Below are positions 45,017 through 54,031 of a stretch of DNA of 64,000 nucleotides, piece by piece (position 1 is the first letter of the stretch; every line of letters begins with the position of its first letter). Under the pieces are notes generated by a model. It saw only the letters and a program-made list of their open reading frames with translations. It made no database searches and was not told the origin of the DNA. Position numbers and translations under genes: made by a program. Origin of the DNA: Desulfobacterales bacterium (GTDB lineage Bacteria > Desulfobacterota > Desulfobacteria > Desulfobacterales > JAUYIZ01). The stretch spans positions 1,230-65,229 of the forward strand of contig JAUYIZ010000069.1 in the NCBI GenBank assembly GCA_030688615.1. The letters are read 5' to 3'.

Positions 45017-47287
45017 TTGGACGCTACAACAATTCCGGATTCCCTTGTAAAAGCAAAGCAGGCTCTTAATGGCCTTGAAAACATTCAACTCCAATCGGAT
45101 TGGCAACGGTTTGATGGTAAAAAAAGTTGGATAGTAAAATGCCGCCTTAGGCGCAGCGGGCCATCATCATCCATAGTTCCCCAAGAGACTGAGTGGTATG
45201 TTGCTGTAGAGCCGAATTATCCCGCAGGGACTATTACATTCTACCCTTCAAAAGAAAATAGTATCACCGCTACATTTCCCCACCAGATGTTTAATGGAAG
45301 CATTGAATCTAATTACCCCTGGCGCGAAGGCCATATTTGCTTGGTCACCGGTCGAGCAATTCTAAAACGTCACGGAGATAACCCCGAGCCTTTAAGCGCT
45401 AATGATCGGCTTCATTGGCATTTTCTGCGAGCATTGGATTGGTTAAAGAAAGCTTCAAAAAATGAACTCACCAAAAAAGACGATCCGTTTGAAATTCCAA
45501 ATTTTCCAAGAGGTGCCAATGAGCCGTTAATTGTTTTTAATGAGGATGAAGTAAGTATGGCTTTTTGGAAAAAATCGAATCAAAAATATGGCTTATTAAA
45601 ACTTTCCAATCTAAAAAAGCATAAAGAAGTTTTTGTTGTAAGCGAGTTTCAGGATATTTCTTCAAATACGCTTTTTAAGCCGAGATGGGGCGAATGTACC
45701 GAGGAAATTCAAAAACCGATTTCTACCGCTCTTTGGCTCAAGCTAGATAAAATTCCGGTGATTGATCCATGGCAAGCTCCACTAATGTGGAAGGAATTGT
45801 TCGAAATATGTTCAAAGCAGGGCATCAACCTTTCGTACATATTATCTAAGCTTTTCCCTAAAATCAGAGACGGTGCGTTTCACATTGTTTTGGTGGGTTT
45901 CCCAATATCTGAAAAAATCGGCGGAGAAAATAAAAGAATATTCTGGATGCCCCTTCTTTTGCCAGCTTTATCTAAGAAGGGTGATATTCAAAACAAGTTA
46001 CTTCAAAACGAAGCTGGTTATTTTGGCCGGGATAGAAATCAAATAATTTCTGATGACCAAAAAATAGCATGGTTGTATTGCGAAAACTGGGAACGAGAAC
46101 AGCTTTTCTCACGCGGAGCTTTTTGTGAAGAGTTAAAAAGTAAAAGTTTTTTATTGATAGGTCTAGGAACCGTTGGCAGCCATGTTGCCGAGTATTTGGC
46201 CAGAGGAGGCGTAGAAAATATCACCCTGATTGATTCGGATGATTTAACGGCTGGAAATTTAACCAGACATATTCTGCTGCTTGAGAATGTTACCAAGAAG
46301 AAATCAGTTTGTGTCGCAGATAGGTTAAGGAGCATTAACCCATTTATTCGCGTGTCAAGTCATCCGTATTCATTTCCCCTTAAAGATGACTTGCTTAAAG
46401 ATGTGGATGTGATTATAGACTGCACAGCATCGAATGATGTTCTGCATTATCTGGATCAGGCTGATACAGGCAAAGGTGCGTTGCTTATAACATTGTCCAT
46501 TAGCATGGGTGCAAAGCGGTTATATATGTACTCCTGCTTTATGAAAAAATATACTGCCAAGGACTATTTTGATGAAATGCAGTACTGGTTTCGGAAAGAT
46601 CATGAAGAATTTCAACATTTAGAACTGCCACGCGAAGGAGTTGGATGCTGGCACCCGGTGTTCCCGGCCCTAGGAGTTGATGTTGTTTTGCTGGTTGCCA
46701 ATGCGGTAAAATTAATCGTGAATCAAATCGTGGCGAAGAAGGATTCTGGGTTGTTAGTTATTGAAAGAGGATCAGATTTGGGCGACGTTTTAGTTCATAC
46801 AATGGAAACGATAGAGTTCCAATCTAGGGATAAAAAATTTGGTTTGAAGATTAGGGCGAGCGATTATGAGCGCATTTTAAATTTATGCGCAAAAGCTGAC
46901 CACAAAGAAACAGGTGGGATTTTAGTTGGCTATTATACTGAGAAGCAAGACTTCGCTTGCGTTACTGACTTATCAGGGCCGCCCAAGGATTCCATCTGTG
47001 GAATCTCTTGGTTCTATAGAGGAATTAAAAATCTTCAGAAATGGTTAAATGTTCTTTGGCGGGATAAAAGAGCTTTTTATTTGGGCGAGTGGCATTACCA
47101 TCATCACGCATCACCCTATCCCAGCGATCCGGATATTAAGCAAACAATCCAAAACGCTAAGAATTCATCGTATCGTTGCCCTGAACCCCTTTTGCTTATT
47201 GTCGGAGGTAGTAAACAACAAGGCTTTTCATGTTCATTGCATGTTGTGAACGGTGAAGGGGTAAAGGTTGAGCTCTTACGCCGATAG
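45017..47287 (+). CDS. cap2: Cap2-Cap3 fusion: E2-like + E1 (ThiF/adenylation) + JAB/JAMM peptidase in one polypeptide
   Basis: E2-like Cys context WREGHICLVTG. E1 Rossmann LLIGLGTVGSHVAEYLARGGVENITLIDSDD. C-terminal JAB motifs ETGGILVGYY and GEWHYHHHASPYPSDPD. TTG start at 45017, 20 nt after the CD-NTase stop. Confidence 0.75.
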   Translation: MDATTIPDSLVKAKQALNGLENIQLQSDWQRFDGKKSWIVKCRLRRSGPSSSIVPQETEWYVAVEPNYPAGTITFYPSKENSITATFPHQMFNGSIESNYPWREGHICLVTGRAILKRHGDNPEPLSANDRLHWHFLRALDWLKKASKNELTKKDDPFEIPNFPRGANEPLIVFNEDEVSMAFWKKSNQKYGLLKLSNLKKHKEVFVVSEFQDISSNTLFKPRWGECTEEIQKPISTALWLKLDKIPVIDPWQAPLMWKELFEICSKQGINLSYILSKLFPKIRDGAFHIVLVGFPISEKIGGENKRIFWMPLLLPALSKKGDIQNKLLQNEAGYFGRDRNQIISDDQKIAWLYCENWEREQLFSRGAFCEELKSKSFLLIGLGTVGSHVAEYLARGGVENITLIDSDDLTAGNLTRHILLLENVTKKKSVCVADRLRSINPFIRVSSHPYSFPLKDDLLKDVDVIIDCTASNDVLHYLDQADTGKGALLITLSISMGAKRLYMYSCFMKKYTAKDYFDEMQYWFRKDHEEFQHLELPREGVGCWHPVFPALGVDVVLLVANAVKLIVNQIVAKKDSGLLVIERGSDLGDVLVHTMETIEFQSRDKKFGLKIRASDYERILNLCAKADHKETGGILVGYYTEKQDFACVTDLSGPPKDSICGISWFYRGIKNLQKWLNVLWRDKRAFYLGEWHYHHHASPYPSDPDIKQTIQNAKNSSYRCPEPLLLIVGGSKQQGFSCSLHVVNGEGVKVELLRR

Positions 47288-47416
47288 CAGATTTAGTAGC
47301 ATTTTGGCTGGTAAATTCTTGTTTCGGGAGAGTTCGGGGAGCCTGTCGAGGCTCGAACGGAAAGTATCCCGAATCTCACATAATCGTCGAGATGTGACTT
47401 TTCAAATTTGTTTTGC

Positions 47417-47444
47417 ATGGGCTCGATTCCCGTATCCCGCTCCA
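47417..47444 (+). other. tRNA (or tmRNA) 3'-end fragment: T-arm + acceptor 3' strand + CCA; candidate att remnant
   Basis: ATGGG-CTCGATT-CCCGT (T-stem/loop/stem, with loop position 54 C instead of T), then ATCCCGC-T-CCA. The complementary 5' acceptor strand GCGGGAT is not found within ~100 nt upstream, so it is a fragment and not a gene. Confidence 0.45.
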
Positions 47445-47587
47445 TCTCTTTTTTCCCAGTTTTAAATCCCTCAACACCTTACGAAAAATCAACCGTAACT
47501 CATTCATTTATCCTTTGTTACAATTCAAGGGTATACAAGTCAATCCAAGTTACCCAAAGTTCACTAAGTGCCCCTTTTCAGAAATTT

Positions 47588-47607
47588 AAGTGGCAAAAAA
47601 GTGGCAA
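47588..47607. repeat. direct repeat AAGTGGCAA x2 (11-bp period) upstream of the HTH gene
   Basis: ttAAGTGGCAAaaAAGTGGCAAgaa, read directly. It lies 23-42 nt upstream of the ATG at 47630, just before the AAGGAGGAG SD. Confidence 0.6.
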
Positions 47608-47629
47608 GAATTCACAAAGGAGGAGAATC

Positions 47630-48205
47630 ATGAATCCATACGAGAATTTGACCCCGGAGGAGCGGCTGGATCGGATATGTCAAATACTGGTCCGCATGAT
47701 CTACAGGGCAGAGGCTAAAAGAATGGCCAGGCCGGTGGGCAACCCCATACCGACGCCCCCAAAGCCGTATTACGGCTTAAAGGAGACGGCTCAGAAGCTG
47801 AGTGTGTCAAAAAGAACGGTTCAACGCTGGATAGCTACTGGCAAGCTGATAGCCGAGAAACGACCTGATGGGCATGTTCTGATCAGGTCACGGGAAGTGG
47901 ATTCACTTATAGATCAATCTGACATAAAAAAGCTCAGAACGCGTGATGCTGAGGCTAGGGCTGGTGGCACCGTGAACAAATTCATAGGGATTGAACCGGA
48001 CCAGTTAAAAGAGGTTGGTATTGTGGTTCGCGAGACAGTCAATCGGACAAGGAAAGTCCTTATTCTCAAGTGCCCCAATGATATGAAAGTCTTAGGTGAC
48101 TTACCAGACGACTATTTTGATGCTCCCGAGGGGAAAGATTATTACCGGAACAAGAGGAAAGTTCTGGTTCGCTGTTCTAAGTGTAAGCAAGTCATATTCT
48201 TCTGA
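47630..48205 (+). CDS. excisionase/MerR-type HTH protein with unknown C-terminal domain
   Basis: YGLKETAQKLSVSKRTVQRWIATGKLIAEKRPDGHVLIRSREVDSLI is an HTH_17/excisionase-family motif. The C-terminal ~90 aa carry KCP ... CSKC. ATG 47630 follows AAGGAGGAG. Confidence 0.65.
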   Translation: MNPYENLTPEERLDRICQILVRMIYRAEAKRMARPVGNPIPTPPKPYYGLKETAQKLSVSKRTVQRWIATGKLIAEKRPDGHVLIRSREVDSLIDQSDIKKLRTRDAEARAGGTVNKFIGIEPDQLKEVGIVVRETVNRTRKVLILKCPNDMKVLGDLPDDYFDAPEGKDYYRNKRKVLVRCSKCKQVIFF

Positions 48206-48393
48206 TCTTTAATATGGTGGCTCTTACTTCCCCCGCTCTTATTTCCAGGGTATTTATCCGGTCTTATTATTTTGAAAGTGAGACTTTCGGAATTTGATCC
48301 GGGGCTAAGGCATTTGCCTTGAGGTCGCTGTCGTCTGCTATGCAGAAGGCGACATTATAGTTACAATGTCACCGAATGAAGGAATTATAATAG

Positions 48394-49239
48394 ATGACAT
48401 TAGTCCGAATGCCTAATTCAGAATCGAATATCCATACTGCGATTTCCCCAGTATTTGCATGGAATGATAACAAAAGTCCTCGCGTTGTTGGCACAGCTAT
48501 TCTTTTAGGGCCGTGTCTCGCTTTAACGGCGTTGCATGTAGTCGAAGATTTTGTGTGCCGAAATAGGCAGGAAGCCGAGGTGAATGTCAATGTCGCCGTG
48601 TACCATGCTTTTACAGGTGCGGCATGGTATGTCAGAAGAACTTGGGCGACAACTCATACTGATGCAGCCTTCTTGGGGCTCAGGCCCCAAAATGATGCAG
48701 CAAAAAATTTTAAATGGCACCGTGTCGGAATAAATCTTCATTTACCAAAGCCCGGAGAAAAAATTTTTGCTGCAGGTTTTCGTCACTCTAAAATCGATGA
48801 TGTGGATGAGGGATTCAATCAGGAGGGAATTACTGTGGTTAAGGCTAGCTTAAGTCTTCAAACCGTGAATGGAACTGTGCGGGAGTCATACGGATCTAAG
48901 CATGAGGGCCATTTGGATTTCCCCTGTTTTCAGTGCAATGCGAAATTCGATTCACAGATGAGCGGAGGGCCGGTCTTGGATGAAAGCGGATACTTGCGCG
49001 GACTTGTGTGTACGAGCTTCGAGTTCGACTCAACCGATATGTCTGAACCGGTTTCCTTTGTCGCAGGCATTCTGCCTGTTATGGCTATTAAAATTGATCG
49101 AACTTTACCAGAGCTTAACGAAGTTTCCCCCTATCATGTTCTTGATTTGGCAAGGAATGGATTCTTACCAGTAATGGGCCATGAACGGGTAATGATAACG
49201 GATCTCAAAGAAGGGCGAACCAGAATAGAATTTAAATGA
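48394..49239 (+). CDS. cytoplasmic trypsin-like (S1/Trypsin_2) serine protease
   Basis: His in LALTALHVVED, Asp in HTDAAFLGL and Ser in SQMSGGPVLDESG (GDSGGP-like). No signal peptide. Confidence 0.65.
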   Translation: MTLVRMPNSESNIHTAISPVFAWNDNKSPRVVGTAILLGPCLALTALHVVEDFVCRNRQEAEVNVNVAVYHAFTGAAWYVRRTWATTHTDAAFLGLRPQNDAAKNFKWHRVGINLHLPKPGEKIFAAGFRHSKIDDVDEGFNQEGITVVKASLSLQTVNGTVRESYGSKHEGHLDFPCFQCNAKFDSQMSGGPVLDESGYLRGLVCTSFEFDSTDMSEPVSFVAGILPVMAIKIDRTLPELNEVSPYHVLDLARNGFLPVMGHERVMITDLKEGRTRIEFK

Positions 49240-49366
49240 ATGGCATAATCGTCGGTTCCCGACACCAAATCCCGCCCAAATGCTTTGTAGGGCTTTCCCC
49301 TGATTAATCCTTCAGACTTGGCTCTTTCTTTGTTATAATTTGTTTTTCTCTGGAAACTTCGTATAA

Positions 49367-49618
49367 ATGAAAAAAAATAGGCCGCAGCATTTTGCGGCGA
49401 CGGAGCGCATTATGAAGGCCGCCAAAACGGCAGAGAAGTGGTGGACAATTGACCAAATTGCAGACTATCTCCAAGTATCAAAGGAGAAAATCTACAAACA
49501 TTGCCAAAGGGGAAAGATGCCCGCTTCCAAATTCGGGGGACAGTGGCGGTTTGATAAAAAGGAAGTCGATGCTTGGCTAAGAAAACAACGTCCAAGCATG
49601 AATAAAAATAAGAAATAA
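49367..49618 (+). CDS. excisionase-family HTH DNA-binding protein
   Basis: WWTIDQIADYLQVSKEKIYKHCQRGKMPASKFGGQWRFDKKEVDAWL is the canonical HTH_17 pattern. 83 aa. Confidence 0.75.
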   Translation: MKKNRPQHFAATERIMKAAKTAEKWWTIDQIADYLQVSKEKIYKHCQRGKMPASKFGGQWRFDKKEVDAWLRKQRPSMNKNKK

Positions 49619-49785
49619 ATGGGGAAGAGATAATAATGAAAAACCCATTTTTTCGAAGCCACTTTTGAAGTCACCGCGCCGTCCGTCGACGGCTGTGCAA
49701 TCAAGACTGGGTGGTCACGTGGGGCCGGGCTGGCGATGTGGCGGAAACATCCGATAAGCCTGACTTCAACTTGTAAGGAGCAACA

Positions 49786-50301
49786 GTGCCAGAACCGATA
49801 CACGGCAAATTAAAACGATCTCTGGATGCGGCCGAAGGCTTGTATCACCGCCTTGTACTGCTTGTGGGTGAGGCAGGTTCCGGGAAGACTGGCGTTCTTC
49901 AGAAAGTTGCCGAAGAATTCGGGACATCTGTCGTCAATGTTAATCTGGCGCTTTCAAGCGAGATGCTTGATATGACGACGAAGCAGCGGTCACTGCGACT
50001 GCCGGGTATTCTCGACCAAATCGTGGCCAAACTTCGAGCACCGGTAGTCCTGGACAATCTCGAAATCCTTTTCGACAAGGACCTCAAGCAGGACCCATTG
50101 CGGTTACTTCAAGGGCTTTCAAGAAATCAGACTGTACTGGCTTCGTGGAACGGAACCTTGAACGGAGTGAGGCTGTTATATGCCGAAACAGGTCATCCCG
50201 AATACCGTAGCTACGACGCGGTCGATGCGCTGATCGTGGGCATGGATGGCGCTGCCACGGTCGTTTCGGCAAAAAACAATAGAGAGGCAGGCCAAGCATG
50301 A
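49786..50301 (+). CDS. brxF: small P-loop protein, BREX type 3 BrxF-like
   Basis: 171 aa. Walker [11 protein letters not shown], Walker B-like [13 protein letters not shown] start 6 nt after AAGGAG. Its stop overlaps the start of the large brxC-like ATPase (ATGA). Confidence 0.6.
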   Translation: MPEPIHGKLKRSLDAAEGLYHRLVLLVGEAGSGKTGVLQKVAEEFGTSVVNVNLALSSEMLDMTTKQRSLRLPGILDQIVAKLRAPVVLDNLEILFDKDLKQDPLRLLQGLSRNQTVLASWNGTLNGVRLLYAETGHPEYRSYDAVDALIVGMDGAATVVSAKNNREAGQA

Positions 50302-53300
50302 AATACGGAGACCTTATCCAATTCGACCCGATTGAGTCGGTCGTTCAGTTGCGTGACGCCGATAAATCGAGCGCGGCGCATCATTTGGTAAACACCTATG
50401 TCATTTCAGAAGAAATGGCCGAACGGCTCACGCAGCTTGTCATCCCTCAGATGCAGTTCGACCAGCCGGTTGACAATAAAGGCCTGCTGGTGGTCGGTAA
50501 CTACGGGACCGGTAAATCGCACTTGATGTCGGTGGTCTCCAGCATTGCTGCAGATGCCGCCCTGCTGGAAGAGCTGAAGAACGAAGGCGTCCGCGCTGCA
50601 GCCACCAAGATTGCCGGCCGTTTTAAAGTTATTCGTACTGAGATCGGTGCCACCACCATGTCTCTGCGCGACATTCTGGTAGCCGAGTTGGAAGAAAACC
50701 TCGAAAAGCTCGGTGTCGAATATGTTTTCCCTGAAGCGGGGACTATCACCAGCCACAAACGGGCATTCGAAGACATGATGGTCAAGTTCGGCCAGGTCTT
50801 CCCCGAACACGGCATGCTGCTGGTAGTCGATGAGCTGCTCGACTATCTTCGCACGCGCAAGGATCAGGAACTTATTCTCGATCTGAACTTTCTACGCGAA
50901 GTTGGCGAGGTCTGCAAGGATCTGCGCTTCCGAATCATGGCAGGTGTTCAGGAAGCCATTTTTGACAGCCCGCGCTTCGCCTTTGTCTCCGACAGTATCC
51001 GTCGCGTGAAAGACCGCTTCGAGCAGATCCTTATTGCCCGCAACGACGTCAAATTCGTGGTGGCTGAGCGCCTGCTCAAGAAGACCGCCGAGCAGCAGGC
51101 TAAGATTCGCGACCATCTCATTCCTTATGCTAAATACTACAGCGGGCTCAATGAGCGAATGGACGAGTTTGTCCGGCTCTTCCCGGTGCATCCCGATTAC
51201 ATCGATACCTTTGAGCGGGTCACCGTTGTGGAAAAACGAGAAGTACTCAAAACCTTGTCCATGGCCATGAAGGGCCTCCTAGGAAAGGCCGTGCCACAGG
51301 AGGAACCTGGCCTAATCGCATTCGACAGTTACTGGAAAACGCTCAAGCAAAATGCTTCCTTTCGAGCTATTCCAGAAATCAGAGCGGTCATCGATTGCAG
51401 CCAGGTGTTGGAATCCCGCATCGAGAACGCTATCAGCCGCAAGCAATACAAGCCGATGGCGCTACGCCTGATCTATGCGCTGTCTGTTCACCGCCTAACT
51501 ACCGGCGACATCTATGCGCCTATGGGTGCATCCGCCGAAGAATTTCGCGATCGCCTTTGTCTATTTGATCCGCTGATCGTTGAAATGGGCAGCGACGAGC
51601 CCGACAAGGATCTGCAGACCCATGTGGAAACGGTGCTGCGAGAGATTCATAAAACAGTCAGCGGCCAGTTCATCTCCTTCAATGCCGACAACAGCCAGTT
51701 CTATCTTGATCTTAAGAAGACTGACGACTTCGACGCCCTGATCGACAAACGGGCTGAGAGCTTGGGCCAAGCTCAGCTCGACCGTTTCTACTACGAGGCT
51801 CTCAAGCGGGTTATGGAATGCCAGGACACCACCTACGTGACTGGCTACAAGATTTGGCAGTACGAACTAATCTGGCAGGAACGCAAGGTAGCCCGTAGCG
51901 GGTACCTTTTTTTTGGCGCACCGAATGAACGCTCTACCGCCGTCCCGCAGAGAGACTTCTACCTATACTTCATCCAACCCAACGATCCGCCCCGTTTCAA
52001 GGACGACAAGGTCAATGATGAGGTTTTCTTCCGACTGAAAGACACGGATGAGGAATTCCAGACTGCGCTGAAGAGCTACGCTGCTGCCTTGGACCTTGCA
52101 GCCACCTCATCGGGCCACGCCAAAGCCACTTATGAATCCAAAGCCAACGGTTTTCTGAAGAAGATGGTCCATTGGTTGCAGAAGCACTTAACGGATGCCT
52201 TCGAGGTCAGCTATCAGGGCCGCACAAAATCCATGACGGAATGGACCAAGGGCAAAGCCATCCGCGACCTGGCTGGCCTTTCGCCCCAAGAGACTATTAA
52301 CTTTCGCGATATGGTGAGTACCGTTGCTGGCTTGTGCTTGGCGCCAAACTTCGAGAACCAGGCTCCACACTACCCTCTCTTTTCGGTCCTGATCACCGGC
52401 AACAATCGAGCCCAGGCAGCGCAGGACGCCCTGCGTGCCATCGCCGGGCAGAATCGCACCAAACAGGCCACTGCCGTGTTGGACGCACTGGAACTGCTCG
52501 ACGGCGAGAGGATCGACCCCTACAAGTCGAAATATATCAAGTTCATCATCGATGTCGTCAAGGCCAAGGGGCACGGCCAGGTGGTCAACCGCACCGAGAT
52601 AATCCAGGACGACCACGGTCTTGAGTATATGAACCCGGGAGGCTCGCGCCTGGAACCGGAATTGGTCATCGTCCTAGTGGCCGCGCTGGTTTACTCCGGC
52701 GATATTGTGCTCTCCATTCCTGGCAAGAAATTCGACGCCACCGGGCTACAGCAGCTTGCTGCGACCAACATGGACGAGCTAGTCCGCTTTAAGCACCTGG
52801 AACAGCCCAAGGAATGGAACTTACCCGCGCTTAAGGCACTGTTCGAACTGCTCGGCATGACGCCGGGTATGGCCCAGCTCATCACTCAAGGGAAGGATGA
52901 GCCGGTGCAGAATCTGCAACAAGCGGTGGGTAAGATCGTCAAGCGCATTGTCATGACCCAGCAGAGCCTACGCGAAGGACTTTCCTTCTGGGGCCTGGAT
53001 CTGTGCGCGAGTAGCGACCTGGCCAGCCGGGCCAACGGGCTGGATGATGCCAAAGGCTTCTTTGAATCGCTTCAGGTCTATTCATCTCCGGGCAAGCTTA
53101 AAAACTTCCGCTACAGCGCTCCCGAAGTTTTGGTCCACGAAAAAGCTCTCAAGGCTCTTGATGAACTGGACGCCCTGCGCGTGTTCATCATGGACCACAG
53201 TTCGACGGCGTCTTGGCTCTCTACTGCCGAAGCGGTGCTACCCGCCGACCATGACTGGGTGGATCGCACGAAGACCACCCGGCAGGATGTGCTGGATTCC

Positions 53301-54029
53301 CTCAAAGAGGTGGATCTGACCGAGCTGGCAAGCCGATCCCAAACCATTGGGGCCAAGATGCAAAAGCTGAAAAAGGATTACACCGTCGCCTATATCGGCC
53401 TGCACACCAAAGCCCGGCTGGGCGTGAACGACGACAAACGAAAAGCGGGCTTGCTTAACGATCAGCGGTTGCAAACCCTGCTCAAGCTTGCCGTGATCGA
53501 CCTGATGCCCAGGCAGCAGCTTACCGATTACCAGAACCGGCTGGCCGGTCTGAAGAGCTGCTTCACCCTGACCGAGCAAAACCTCGACGCAACGCCGATC
53601 TGCTCGCATTGTGGGTTCCGGCCTTCGGTAGAAACCGACGCGGCGGCAGGCACACAGATGATCGACCAGATGGATATCCAGCTCGACGCCATGGTGGCAG
53701 CTTGGACCTCCAGCATTCTCAGCAACCTGGAGGATCCGATCACTCAGGCTAACATGGATTTACTGAAGATCGACGACCGCCATCCGCTGGAGGTCTTCAT
53801 CAAATCAAAAGAACTCCCGGTGCCGTTGGACAGTAATTTCGTCCATGCCCTGAAGGAAGTACTCTCCGGTCTGGTCAAAGTGACCATCAAGGCTCAGGAG
53901 CTGCAACAGGCCCTGCAGGTCACCGATGGTACAGCCACTCCGGCCGAGATGAAGAAACGTTTTGATGCGTACATTGATCGGCTCATTAAGGGCAAGGATC
54001 CGGCAAAAGTACGGATAGTGGTGGAGTAA
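50298..54029 (+). CDS. brxC: large P-loop ATPase, BrxC/PglY-like
   Basis: 1243 aa. N-terminal [12 protein letters not shown] then Walker [12 protein letters not shown] and Walker [12 protein letters not shown]. The size, position after brxF and long helical C-terminus fit BREX BrxC-class proteins. Confidence 0.6.
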   Translation: MKYGDLIQFDPIESVVQLRDADKSSAAHHLVNTYVISEEMAERLTQLVIPQMQFDQPVDNKGLLVVGNYGTGKSHLMSVVSSIAADAALLEELKNEGVRAAATKIAGRFKVIRTEIGATTMSLRDILVAELEENLEKLGVEYVFPEAGTITSHKRAFEDMMVKFGQVFPEHGMLLVVDELLDYLRTRKDQELILDLNFLREVGEVCKDLRFRIMAGVQEAIFDSPRFAFVSDSIRRVKDRFEQILIARNDVKFVVAERLLKKTAEQQAKIRDHLIPYAKYYSGLNERMDEFVRLFPVHPDYIDTFERVTVVEKREVLKTLSMAMKGLLGKAVPQEEPGLIAFDSYWKTLKQNASFRAIPEIRAVIDCSQVLESRIENAISRKQYKPMALRLIYALSVHRLTTGDIYAPMGASAEEFRDRLCLFDPLIVEMGSDEPDKDLQTHVETVLREIHKTVSGQFISFNADNSQFYLDLKKTDDFDALIDKRAESLGQAQLDRFYYEALKRVMECQDTTYVTGYKIWQYELIWQERKVARSGYLFFGAPNERSTAVPQRDFYLYFIQPNDPPRFKDDKVNDEVFFRLKDTDEEFQTALKSYAAALDLAATSSGHAKATYESKANGFLKKMVHWLQKHLTDAFEVSYQGRTKSMTEWTKGKAIRDLAGLSPQETINFRDMVSTVAGLCLAPNFENQAPHYPLFSVLITGNNRAQAAQDALRAIAGQNRTKQATAVLDALELLDGERIDPYKSKYIKFIIDVVKAKGHGQVVNRTEIIQDDHGLEYMNPGGSRLEPELVIVLVAALVYSGDIVLSIPGKKFDATGLQQLAATNMDELVRFKHLEQPKEWNLPALKALFELLGMTPGMAQLITQGKDEPVQNLQQAVGKIVKRIVMTQQSLREGLSFWGLDLCASSDLASRANGLDDAKGFFESLQVYSSPGKLKNFRYSAPEVLVHEKALKALDELDALRVFIMDHSSTASWLSTAEAVLPADHDWVDRTKTTRQDVLDSLKEVDLTELASRSQTIGAKMQKLKKDYTVAYIGLHTKARLGVNDDKRKAGLLNDQRLQTLLKLAVIDLMPRQQLTDYQNRLAGLKSCFTLTEQNLDATPICSHCGFRPSVETDAAAGTQMIDQMDIQLDAMVAAWTSSILSNLEDPITQANMDLLKIDDRHPLEVFIKSKELPVPLDSNFVHALKEVLSGLVKVTIKAQELQQALQVTDGTATPAEMKKRFDAYIDRLIKGKDPAKVRIVVE

Positions 54030-54031
54030 TT

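Noticed and set aside
47290-47444. An intact tRNA or tmRNA gene
   Set aside because: Only the T-arm, 3' acceptor strand and CCA are present. No complementary 5' acceptor strand (GCGGGAT), D-arm or anticodon arm was found in the preceding ~100 nt. A ~350-nt tmRNA would have to start inside cap2-cap3.
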